DNA of 28,065 nucleotides, taken from positions 1 through 28,065 of the IMG/VR virus record IMGVR_UViG_3300048578_000341. One strand, 5' to 3'. Shown piece by piece: positions 1 to 6,951 of this stretch (the stretch's first letter is position 1; each line of letters starts with the position of its first letter). Position numbers and translations under genes: made by a program. The notes under the pieces are model-generated. The model made no database searches, was not told the origin of the DNA, and saw nothing but the letters and a program-made list of their open reading frames with translations. Source of the DNA: a virus (lineage: Duplodnaviria; Caudoviricetes).

Positions 1-171
1 CTACCCCGAAACAGATTCGAGTGGCGCCACCTCTTCTCTGCGGATTGGAATGTCCTTCGGTGCGTCCAGTCCAATTCGCACTACGCCGTTCTTCAGGTCG
101 ACGATGGTAATCACGATCAATCCATCGGCGATGACAATCTTCTGCTCACGCTTGCGGGACAGTACCAACAT
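1..171 (-). CDS. csrA: CsrA/RsmA-family carbon storage regulator (RNA-binding translational regulator)
   Basis: MLVLSRKREQKIVI...VRIGLDAPKDIPIRREEV matches the CsrA signature MLxLxR..E.I.I / VRIGIxAP..V.I.REE; AAGGAG RBS before ATG at 171. Confidence 0.93.
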   Translation of the reverse strand: MLVLSRKREQKIVIADGLIVITIVDLKNGVVRIGLDAPKDIPIRREEVAPLESVSG

Positions 172-451
172 CCTGAGACTCCTTCTCTCCATGGTATGGT
201 GGTGACACAGTGTCACCTACTACGAGTCGCCATTGCGCGCCGAGCGCCAGGGCGAGTGTATCGAGTTGCTGATCTCCAAGCCGGCGGCCTCGTCGGCCGT
301 GAATCCAGTCGAATAGTGTGCTGTGTGCGATCCCAGTAGCGGCGGCAATCGTTCGCACGCCGTACTTTCTGATTAGCGGTGAAAGCTGATCGCGGATCGG
401 GTTCACTGCGACTGCGGTGTCCATGATTTCTTCAAGTCGACGCAGGTTCAT
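146..451 (-). CDS. Cro/XRE-type helix-turn-helix DNA-binding protein
   Basis: VRTIAAATGIAHSTLFDWIHG resembles an HTH, followed by LDTLALALG; start is 451 or 424; the C-terminal tail reads through the palindrome and overlaps csrA. Confidence 0.75.
   Translation of the reverse strand: MNLRRLEEIMDTAVAVNPIRDQLSPLIRKYGVRTIAAATGIAHSTLFDWIHGRRGRRLGDQQLDTLALALGAQWRLVVGDTVSPPYHGEKESQDVGTVPQA
202..216. repeat. 15-bp palindrome copy 1 (exact)
   Basis: GTGACACAGTGTCAC, 30 bp upstream of the csrA start. Confidence 0.95.
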
Positions 452-827
452 TGACCTCGGCCTCCAAGCAATCAGGGCAAACGCCATCGGTCACCGGCTT
501 GGCTCGCGAGCAGTCCGAGCAAATGCCCCATCCGCACGCGGCAAGGGCATCCTTGGCCGCTCGGTAGTTGGTCAGACTGACTGGCCATGTTCCGCCGTTT
601 GGCTTCCCACGGCCTCCTGTGGCGTCCTCAACGATCGCCGCCAAGGCAGTGACCATAGAGTCGTGAGCATTTACGGCAGCCACGATTGTGGCCATGGCTT
701 CGCTGTCGATTCCGGAGCCATCCTCCACATATCCGTCGTCCGGAGCCCTCCAGTTGGCGACGATTTCCCCGGCGGCGTCTCTGATTTCGTCTCGTTCGAT
801 CTTCCACGGTAGTGGGTGTGGGTGCAT
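432..827 (-). CDS. Hypothetical phage protein with C-terminal Cys cluster
   Basis: AGGAAGGA RBS; PLPW start and IVAAVNAHD segment typical of small phage accessory proteins; CxxC...CxxC at the end. Confidence 0.75.
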   Translation of the reverse strand: MHPHPLPWKIERDEIRDAAGEIVANWRAPDDGYVEDGSGIDSEAMATIVAAVNAHDSMVTALAAIVEDATGGRGKPNGGTWPVSLTNYRAAKDALAACGWGICSDCSRAKPVTDGVCPDCLEAEVNEPAST

Positions 828-837
828 GTTGTCCTTC

Positions 838-993
838 CTATCTGATGTTCTTGGCCAGTTCATCCAACTTCAGGGAAACCTTGGCCGTGGCGTTTTCGTC
901 TGGGAGACGCTGCTCATAGCATACTTCCAGATGGGCCACCATTTGCTTGCATCCTGCTGGAAACGCCAAGGCGAGTAGCAGCAAGTAACGCAT
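838..993 (-). CDS. Small lipoprotein (51 aa)
   Basis: MRYLLLLALAFPAG-C: basic N-terminus, hydrophobic core and lipobox-like AGC; AAGGAG RBS. Confidence 0.7.
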   Translation of the reverse strand: MRYLLLLALAFPAGCKQMVAHLEVCYEQRLPDENATAKVSLKLDELAKNIR

Positions 994-1035
994 GCGATTG
1001 CTCCTTGTTGTAACGGTCAACATGCTCACCCAGGT

Positions 1036-1050
1036 GTGGCACAGTGTCAC
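1036..1050. repeat. 15-bp palindrome copy 2 (1 mismatch, arms extended to 1031-1055)
   Basis: CAGGT-GTGGCACAGTGTCAC-ACCTG, intergenic. Confidence 0.9.
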
Positions 1051-1071
1051 ACCTGAGTGGACGGTTGATCG

Positions 1072-1755
1072 TCACGAGCCAACGTGCGGAATGGCCACAC
1101 CGCTTCTGCAATCCAGAACGACGGCAAGTTGTCCCTTCGGTGGCTCGAATGTTGCCGAGTTGTAGATGCGTGCAGTTGCGCTGTTCTCGCAGGCCGTGAC
1201 CTGGCTGTTCTCGTAGGCCGTGACCTGGCTGGAGCCGTAGGCCTTGACCTGGCTGGAGTCGCAGGCCGTGACCTGGCTGTTCTCGTAGGCCGTGACCTGG
1301 CTGGAGCCGTAGGCCGTGACCTGGCTGTTCTCGTAGGCCGTGACCTGGCTGGAGCCGTAGGCCTTGACCTGGCTGTTCTCGCAGGCCGTGACCTGGCTGG
1401 AGCCGTAGGCCCAGAACACTCCCTTGGTGACCTTTCTTTCCCCGTCGCGTATCACCCGTGCTGCAATCCAGTCGGCCAGCGCCTCGCGTGCTCGCTTCTC
1501 GATCGCGTCAGTAGGGCATCCTGACTGGTATTTCAGCCACTCCGGATAATCCTCCTGGTCTACGCGGAATGTCCACTCGTCCGCGGGCGCGTCAAAACGA
1601 TTTTCGGGTGGAGTGATCTCGACGCGGACAATGTTGGGACCACCCACGCCGTCAGCATGCAGACCGTGTTCCTCGATGATGTCCTCGTGGGAATCACTGG
1701 TCATGGACCAGAAGACGCGGTCCTTGGTAAGCACGAACGATGCCGGTTCACACAT
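1072..1755 (-). CDS. Phage protein with about 10 octapeptide repeats (probable beta-solenoid)
   Basis: GGAG RBS before ATG at 1755; N-terminal MC..ASF...DSHEDI domain, then A(Y/C)(G/E/D)(S/N)SQV(T/K) repeats. Confidence 0.85.
   Translation of the reverse strand: MCEPASFVLTKDRVFWSMTSDSHEDIIEEHGLHADGVGGPNIVRVEITPPENRFDAPADEWTFRVDQEDYPEWLKYQSGCPTDAIEKRAREALADWIAARVIRDGERKVTKGVFWAYGSSQVTACENSQVKAYGSSQVTAYENSQVTAYGSSQVTAYENSQVTACDSSQVKAYGSSQVTAYENSQVTACENSATARIYNSATFEPPKGQLAVVLDCRSGVAIPHVGS
1180..1410 (-). repeat. 24-bp tandem repeat, about 9.5 units, in frame
   Basis: Unit CTGGCTGTTCTCGTAGGCCGTGAC and close variants, read directly. Confidence 0.95.
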
Positions 1756-1807
1756 AACGGTTTCTCCATGTGGTTGGACAACGGAAACGGTCAACATCCC
1801 CTGCCAT

Positions 1808-1822
1808 GTGACACAGGGTCAC
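1808..1822. repeat. 15-bp palindrome copy 3 (1 mismatch, extended arms)
   Basis: CCTGCCAT-GTGACACAGGGTCAC-ATAGCAGG. Confidence 0.9.
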
Positions 1823-1845
1823 ATAGCAGGAGGGTTGATCGTCGG

Positions 1846-1860
1846 GTGACACAGTGTCAC
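1846..1860. repeat. 15-bp palindrome copy 4 (exact)
   Basis: GTGACACAGTGTCAC, 1 bp from the stop codon of 1862..2047. Confidence 0.95.
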
Positions 1861-1861
1861 C

Positions 1862-2047
1862 TTAGGCGTAGACCAATGCTTCAGGGTTGGCGATTGGCCG
1901 TCCGGATTGGCTGGCGATCTGCTCGCACTGCTGACGGCGAACCTGCGCGTTCGGGTGGCTCACAGAGGTGACCACTCGCCCCCGCTGGTCGACGAGAATC
2001 ACGGTCACTCGCATGCACCGGACTGTCAAGAATTCACACTGAGGCAT
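1862..2047 (-). CDS. Hypothetical protein (61 aa)
   Basis: AAGGAA RBS; fills the interval between palindrome copies 4 and 5. Confidence 0.6.
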   Translation of the reverse strand: MPQCEFLTVRCMRVTVILVDQRGRVVTSVSHPNAQVRRQQCEQIASQSGRPIANPEALVYA

Positions 2048-2067
2048 GATAGTTCCTTGGTGAAGGT

Positions 2068-2082
2068 GTGAAACAGTGTCAC
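2068..2082. repeat. 15-bp palindrome copy 5 (1 mismatch)
   Basis: GTGAAACAGTGTCAC, intergenic. Confidence 0.88.
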
Positions 2083-2107
2083 ATTGTAGGCAGTATGAGA
2101 CCAGGCG

Positions 2108-2341
2108 TCAATGGGGAGTAGTGGCTTTGGCGATGGCATTGCGGAACATGCGACAAAGAGGGCCGTCGCAGTCCCGATCATGATTGAACCGGCTTCGCTG
2201 TGGGCAGTTGGCAACGTAGAATTGTGCCGCCGCCAGCAGTTCCGCGTGCTCTTCCACCACCTCGTTGTGCTCCTCTCTGAGCTTGCGAGATTCTCGTTTG
2301 CCGATGTTGTGGTCGGGCCAAAGCCAAGATTGTGCGGGCAT
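2108..2341 (-). CDS. Hypothetical phage protein
   Basis: GAGGTG RBS; ELLAAA...AIAKA helix pattern common in phage accessory proteins. Confidence 0.7.
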   Translation of the reverse strand: MPAQSWLWPDHNIGKRESRKLREEHNEVVEEHAELLAAAQFYVANCPQRSRFNHDRDCDGPLCRMFRNAIAKATTPH

Positions 2342-2357
2342 GTTCTCACCTCGTTGG

Positions 2358-2621
2358 CTAGTAGCGACGTTCGATCTTCCGCAGGGCCTTCACGTCCTTC
2401 TTGAGCCCCTCGGCGTTCCATTGGCGGTCGATAATGCCATTCTCGACGAGGGCGACCAAGATTCCCTTGGCCAAGCGGTAAGGCAAGGCGTCGTCTTGGG
2501 TCACGCGGTTGACCTCGTCAGCGGTCATCTTGTCGAACACCTCCATTCCCTTCTGCTCCAGGTCATCCGCACACTTGCGGCAAACCTCGTGGAGGTAGCT
2601 TTTGAATTCTCGGCGGTTCAT
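2358..2621 (-). CDS. Hypothetical protein
   Basis: AAGGAG RBS; fits operon packing. Confidence 0.75.
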   Translation of the reverse strand: MNRREFKSYLHEVCRKCADDLEQKGMEVFDKMTADEVNRVTQDDALPYRLAKGILVALVENGIIDRQWNAEGLKKDVKALRKIERRY

Positions 2622-2642
2622 GGTCTTTACTCCTTGGTAGGA

Positions 2643-2828
2643 TTACTTACGGCGAGTGTCGTCGGCGATCGATTGAAGCATGAATTCCAGTTCAAACGGC
2701 TCGATGTGAGGCATGACGCCCTTGCGTTGGAGCCATTTGGCAAGGTCTTCGCAGGCGTCAACGGTCTCGTCTCGGTCCTGCGATTCGATTGCGTCCACGA
2801 TCCGTTTCCAGCATGCGGTGGGGTCCAT
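2643..2828 (-). CDS. Small conserved-type phage protein (MDPxA...L..WL..G..P)
   Basis: AAGGAG RBS before ATG at 2828; MDPTAC...EDLAKWLQRKGVMP. Confidence 0.75.
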   Translation of the reverse strand: MDPTACWKRIVDAIESQDRDETVDACEDLAKWLQRKGVMPHIEPFELEFMLQSIADDTRRK

Positions 2829-2839
2829 GGTTTGGCTCC

Positions 2840-3115
2840 TTAGCGAATGATTTTGTGTACGAGTTCGCCGCTGCACAACTCAACCCGTGTAGATCCCGGA
2901 TGGATCTCGATGATGTAGTCGGGATCTTGATTTGATGGGTGGATAAACACCCTCCAGCACCCGTCGCCACGTTCGATCAACACGTCCGGGGAATCCTCGT
3001 GTTTCTCTCCTCCAAGGCAGACACGGAGCCCTTCTTCGTAGTACAGGTGCAGTGGCACGTTGGCCGTGTGGTCGTAATCGTCTTCCCGGAAGGTAGGAAT
3101 CTCGATCTTGGTCAT
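2840..3115 (-). CDS. Hypothetical beta-rich protein
   Basis: AAGGAG RBS before ATG at 3115. Confidence 0.72.
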   Translation of the reverse strand: MTKIEIPTFREDDYDHTANVPLHLYYEEGLRVCLGGEKHEDSPDVLIERGDGCWRVFIHPSNQDPDYIIEIHPGSTRVELCSGELVHKIIR

Positions 3116-3180
3116 CGCTAGGCTCCTTGTGTCATTGGCTTGGCTGGTCGGAGTGACCGGCCCACATGCCCGGCCCAGAA

Positions 3181-3195
3181 GTGACACAGTGTCAC
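3181..3195. repeat. 15-bp palindrome copy 6 (exact, perfect extension to 27 bp, 3175-3201)
   Basis: CCAGAA-GTGACACAGTGTCAC-TTCTGG. Confidence 0.95.
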
Positions 3196-3219
3196 TTCTG
3201 GAGCGGACGGTGGGTCGCA

Positions 3220-3723
3220 TCAGGCGTTTGCGAGTGCAGGTTGTTCGGCGATCGGTTTCAACTCGGCTCCGAAGACCATGCAGCACACGACGGGATCGTC
3301 TCCGTGGTTCTTGTCCCACCATTCTGGCGCGACGTCTGGTTCGACGTAGACGCCCAGATATCCATCCTCAATGAAGTATCCGCGGACGACGCCCTCGCCG
3401 AACCCGTTGAAATTGACGATGATCCTCTCACCCCTGGCTGGGATCGGCATTGTTCCGGACCACTTGGCTCCCTGGCGAGGTGCGGTCAGCCCGTACTCGG
3501 TGCGTCCTGGCTCATTCACTTTGTATTCCTCGTGGTTGCGGCGGCGTTGGACCATGAACTTGGCGGATCCAATCGCGTCGTCTTTGTCGTCGGTGTAAAG
3601 GTCGGCCTCCTTCCTTCGCTTTCCGCCTGCGACGTAGGCACGTACGACCCATTGGCCCCATTGGTTACGGCGGGAGGAAACGACGGCCTTTACGATGCGG
3701 GTGGCGGGGTCGGTGTTCAGCAT
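3220..3723 (-). CDS. Hypothetical protein, first gene of the leftward operon, probably two fused modules
   Basis: AAGGAG RBS before ATG at 3723; downstream of the promoter at 3778-3805. Confidence 0.78.
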   Translation of the reverse strand: MLNTDPATRIVKAVVSSRRNQWGQWVVRAYVAGGKRRKEADLYTDDKDDAIGSAKFMVQRRRNHEEYKVNEPGRTEYGLTAPRQGAKWSGTMPIPARGERIIVNFNGFGEGVVRGYFIEDGYLGVYVEPDVAPEWWDKNHGDDPVVCCMVFGAELKPIAEQPALANA

Positions 3724-3753
3724 GCTTGGCTCCTTTGCTGGGTTGCGGCAGGT

Positions 3754-3768
3754 GTGACACAGTGTCAC
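3754..3768. promoter_or_regulatory. 15-bp palindrome copy 7 (exact), in an operator position
   Basis: 9 bp downstream of the -10 box of the leftward promoter. Confidence 0.85.
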
Positions 3769-3777
3769 TTCCAAAGG

Positions 3778-3805
3778 ATTGTACTCACTGTGCTACCACT
3801 GTCAA
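3778..3805 (-). promoter_or_regulatory. Sigma70-type leftward promoter
   Basis: TTGACA-16 bp-TACAAT on the minus strand, directly upstream of the operon. Confidence 0.85.
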
Positions 3806-4097
3806 CGCCAATCGGCAGGATATTCCAGCGACTTGAGGAAACACCAGGACGCCGGCAATCGAGTCTGACCGCAATCACCGCTTGTCTCCACGCATAGAAC
3901 AAGGAAGACAGGAAGCGGGGAAGGCACGAAGGGCGGACGGCGTCAGCCGGCACAGTCTGGTTCAGTAGCTGGTGAGATGGCGGCGATCTGCCCCGGCCAC
4001 AACTCCCCATCGTGCCCACGATACAAGGTATCACGTAAGAAGGAGACGAAGGGCGAGCGAAGCGGGCGGCGTCAGCCGGTAGCTGCGATGGGTGCAG

Positions 4098-4112
4098 GTG
4101 ACAGTGTGTCAC
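4098..4112. repeat. 15-bp palindrome copy 8 (1 mismatch)
   Basis: GTGACAGTGTGTCAC in the non-coding region. Confidence 0.85.
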
Positions 4113-4662
4113 GTATGGCTGGAGCGAGGGGGGAGGCTAGTAACGTGGTGTGCCACCAGGCGATTGCCATGCCTGGCATCTACCTTCGTGCGATCACGCA
4201 AGCAGTTGGCAGCGTGGTTGAAGGCAGCACGAAACGGACCTGCTAGTGTACAGGGCAGTGTATGCCTGACAAAAAGGCTACGAAAACGTATCTATTCTAT
4301 GAAGAAGAGATATGTTTTCGTGTTTTCTTGGGCAATCGTGCTCATTTTTAAGCAAGGGGGGCCCCATCCGCATCCAGAGTTTGAACCACGCCCCCCCCAC
4401 CCCCGGCAATATCACCACGCGCTATCCCCTGCCACCCGGCCCAATAAAATGGGTGTTAAGCTGGGTAATTGCCACGGCCATATCGCCGGTGCCCGGTTGG
4501 GAGGTGTGGCCAGGCTGGATTGCGGGTGTTCTGGTGTACCTTTCGCCGAGGTCATACCAGTCTCAGGTGGCATATTTCAGGTAACGTCAAAGCTGGACAG
4601 CAGTTGTGACGAAGTTCGATTTATGTCGGCCCGAGATTTCCGATACCAAAACAGGCCAAGTT

Positions 4663-5358
4663 TTACCAACCGGGTGGGTTTTCGTAAGCGATTGTTCCCT
4701 GTGAGGAAGTGGACGACGATGCGAGAGTCACTGGGGTTGAGTTGGTGAAGATGTTGGCGAAGAAATTGTCCTCAACCTTCTTCCACATTTGGTAAGCAGT
4801 GAACTTCTTTGCCTCTTGGTAAGCAGTGAACTTCTTTCGGTCCGTTGGCAGGCACGGGGTGCTTTCGATGCGCCAGGGGCGAAGGTTGCCACCCGCTCTT
4901 TTTGAAAGCTCGTTGTCGACAACGTCCTCTCGTGCTTGCTGTACCCACGCGGACCGTCTACCGGCGATGTCGAGCACTTGGAACGACCCCTTGGTTCTCT
5001 TGGTGGACACGGTGAACAGTCCGTCGTGATCCTCGACTTTGTAGATCCCGCGGATCTTTGTCTCGAACGCGGCCGGGAGTTCGGCGAGTCTCTTCTTGTG
5101 CTCCTCCCGCTTCTTGGCCACCTCGATTCTCTTCTGCTCTCGCTCTTCCTCTTTCTTCCTGGCCGAATATACCGCCGCCAGGTGCTCATCGGAGTTCAGG
5201 AAGGCTTGGAGGTCGGCCTCGACCTGTTCGGCTTCAAGCATCTCCACGGCCCGCTTGGACATGAGCTTCCCGTGTCCGTTTGTGCAGACGTAGTACCCAG
5301 ACGTTGTCTCCATGAGTTCGGATCCACATTCACGGCACTTTACTTTTTTGTGTGACAC
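4663..5358 (-). CDS. Protein with N-terminal Zn-ribbon and a coiled coil
   Basis: CRECG-x12-CTNGH, then a charged helix; the GTG start lies inside palindrome copy 9 after AAGGTGA. Confidence 0.78.
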   Translation of the reverse strand: MSHKKVKCRECGSELMETTSGYYVCTNGHGKLMSKRAVEMLEAEQVEADLQAFLNSDEHLAAVYSARKKEEEREQKRIEVAKKREEHKKRLAELPAAFETKIRGIYKVEDHDGLFTVSTKRTKGSFQVLDIAGRRSAWVQQAREDVVDNELSKRAGGNLRPWRIESTPCLPTDRKKFTAYQEAKKFTAYQMWKKVEDNFFANIFTNSTPVTLASSSTSSQGTIAYENPPGW

Positions 5359-5366
5359 TGTGTCAC
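5352..5366. promoter_or_regulatory. 15-bp palindrome copy 9 (exact) at the divergence point
   Basis: GTGACACTGTGTCAC, 8 bp upstream of the -35 box of the rightward promoter. Confidence 0.9.
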
Positions 5367-5374
5367 CTTGTTGT

Positions 5375-5402
5375 TTGACAGGCCAAACTTATTTTGTACA
5401 CT
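5375..5402 (+). promoter_or_regulatory. Sigma70-type rightward promoter for the packaging/structural arm
   Basis: TTGACA-16 bp-TACACT at the strand switch. Confidence 0.78.
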
Positions 5403-5493
5403 GAATCTAGTGGACACGCAAGGAGAAGGTGACATGCTTGTAATGGAACACCCAGGCGGCGAGGGAGATCAGTCGCAAGGTAAGGAGAGTGTG

Positions 5494-5994
5494 ATGGCGG
5501 AAGGTGGCGACAAGGTTCGTCTTGCGTTCAACTTCATCGCGATGTGCAACAACTCAATGGGGTTGCGGTCGTTTCAGGACCCGATCACTGGTCAGCAGGA
5601 TGTGCGGGACCAGGAGTTGAATCCAGCGCAGGAGGGTGCGTTCAGGGCCGCCTGCGGTGTGATGGTTCGGTATTTCTCACAACAGGGAAGTGACACTGTG
5701 TCACATCGAGGGAACGATGTCGGAGAAGGTGGCGAAAGTGGAGAAGGTGTCGGTCAGGAAACTGTTCGGCCAGAGGATGGAGCGGGAGGGGCGGTATCAG
5801 GAGTGGGTGGACCGGACGAAGAAGCTGTCCCTGGAGACGAATCGGGGATTCTCGCCCTGCTCCTGGGACGCCATGCGGGAAATGGGGTACGAGGGGCCAG
5901 TGAAGGAGAGGGCACTGCACGAGGCGTTTCTGTCTATCGAGGGCCAGACGAAGGTGCAGGTGCAGGTGCAGAAGGAGCGGGCGGAGATCAATGA
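5494..5994 (+). CDS. Hypothetical protein; only the N-terminal ~65 aa look like real coding
   Basis: AAGGAG RBS (alternative start 5434); after the palindrome the frame overlaps the next gene by ~280 bp and is low complexity. Confidence 0.45.
   Translation: MAEGGDKVRLAFNFIAMCNNSMGLRSFQDPITGQQDVRDQELNPAQEGAFRAACGVMVRYFSQQGSDTVSHRGNDVGEGGESGEGVGQETVRPEDGAGGAVSGVGGPDEEAVPGDESGILALLLGRHAGNGVRGASEGEGTARGVSVYRGPDEGAGAGAEGAGGDQ
5690..5704. repeat. 15-bp palindrome copy 10 (exact)
   Basis: GTGACACTGTGTCAC, 12 bp before ATG at 5717. Confidence 0.95.
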
Positions 5995-6403
5995 GGAACG
6001 GAAGATCGAGGACTTCGAGGAGGCGGTACGATCTCTACCGGATCTTTGTTCTGCTTCTGTGGAACTCGATTGGATCCGCGCTCACCCGGCAATGAGCCGG
6101 AAGGCCCGGATGAGGAACAACCTCGATCCGGTGCTAATCACGGTCGAGGATGTCTTGCTTGCTCCGCACGGGAAGGCGCCGGCGAAGAGTGCGGTGTACG
6201 CCTTGCAGCATTGGGCGAACCACCCGATCGATTTTTTCAAGACGATCATCAGCGAGCAGAAGAAGAAGGCCGAGGACGGGGCTGGGGCGGCCCTGGACCC
6301 GGACGAGGATCTGGAGGGCGTCGAGCGGATGCTCCGTGAGTTCCATAGACAGCGAGGAGTGACAGGTGAAGCTACGGCAAGCGTTGAAGATCCTGAACAA
6401 TGA
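5717..6403 (+). CDS. Putative terminase small subunit
   Basis: Helical 228-aa protein near the start of the late arm with an acidic tail; the gene is secure, the function is a positional guess. Confidence 0.45.
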   Translation: MSEKVAKVEKVSVRKLFGQRMEREGRYQEWVDRTKKLSLETNRGFSPCSWDAMREMGYEGPVKERALHEAFLSIEGQTKVQVQVQKERAEINEERKIEDFEEAVRSLPDLCSASVELDWIRAHPAMSRKARMRNNLDPVLITVEDVLLAPHGKAPAKSAVYALQHWANHPIDFFKTIISEQKKKAEDGAGAALDPDEDLEGVERMLREFHRQRGVTGEATASVEDPEQ

Positions 6404-6406
6404 GGC

Positions 6407-6715
6407 TTGTTACACGCGAATGGCCAAGAGGTATTCGACGTACCTGAAGGCCATGTATCGAGTGAACAGGTACACGTTCGAGGCGTATCTCCGAGCGATC
6501 TGGCACGACCGAAAGATTCGGAAGAAGGATGGGGTATGGTAGACGACTGCGTGTTCATGGGAGGCGACGGAGCGAAGTTGGTCCCTAAGACTCCGGTCAA
6601 GCCGGTGTGCGTTACGTCTCCCAATCGGTTTCAGGAGGCTGGGAACTACTTCATTGTAATCCCTGCGTCGGCCTCAGTGATTGGGGACGACCCGGACTCA
6701 CTGGAGATGGGCTGA
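6407..6715 (+). CDS. Hypothetical protein (start uncertain; a 40-aa ORF at 6420-6542 is an alternative for the 5' half)
   Basis: Stop overlaps the next ATG (TGATG). Confidence 0.4.
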   Translation: MLHANGQEVFDVPEGHVSSEQVHVRGVSPSDLARPKDSEEGWGMVDDCVFMGGDGAKLVPKTPVKPVCVTSPNRFQEAGNYFIVIPASASVIGDDPDSLEMG

Positions 6716-6951
6716 TGGAACCTGTGTATTGTGTGTTGTTCGCGGCTGTTGCAGTCATCGTTGCGCAGCTTTGGGAGATCGTATTTCTGATAGGCAAGGT
6801 CAATGACGAACGCAACATTGCGGGTAGGGCCAAGGACGAATCGAACGAGGCTTATTGCAGATACGTCGAAGCGAAACGCCGTCGCTGGATAGCTGAAGCA
6901 AAGCTGCTGCAAATTTCCGGGATCATTGCCGAGGATAGCAAGGAGAACTGA
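6715..6951 (+). CDS. Small membrane-anchored coiled-coil protein
   Basis: Hydrophobic N-terminus VYCVLFAAVAVIVAQLWEIVFLI; translational coupling. Confidence 0.65.
   Translation: MEPVYCVLFAAVAVIVAQLWEIVFLIGKVNDERNIAGRAKDESNEAYCRYVEAKRRRWIAEAKLLQISGIIAEDSKEN

Noticed and set aside
1180-1410. Diversity-generating retroelement TR/VR pair
   Set aside because: It is a simple tandem repeat, differences are not confined to adenines and no reverse transcriptase is in the window
4092-4748. 218-aa plus-strand ORF in the intergenic block
   Set aside because: No RBS, atypical composition, crosses homopolymer runs and overlaps the convergent gene
5393-5421. Overlapping leftward promoter TTGCGT-17-TACAAA
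   Set aside because: Position is plausible but the -10 lacks the conserved final T; too weak to call
202-5704. Palindrome copies as a CRISPR array
   Set aside because: The repeat is only 15 bp, spacing is irregular (23 bp to several kb), whole genes lie between copies and no cas genes are present
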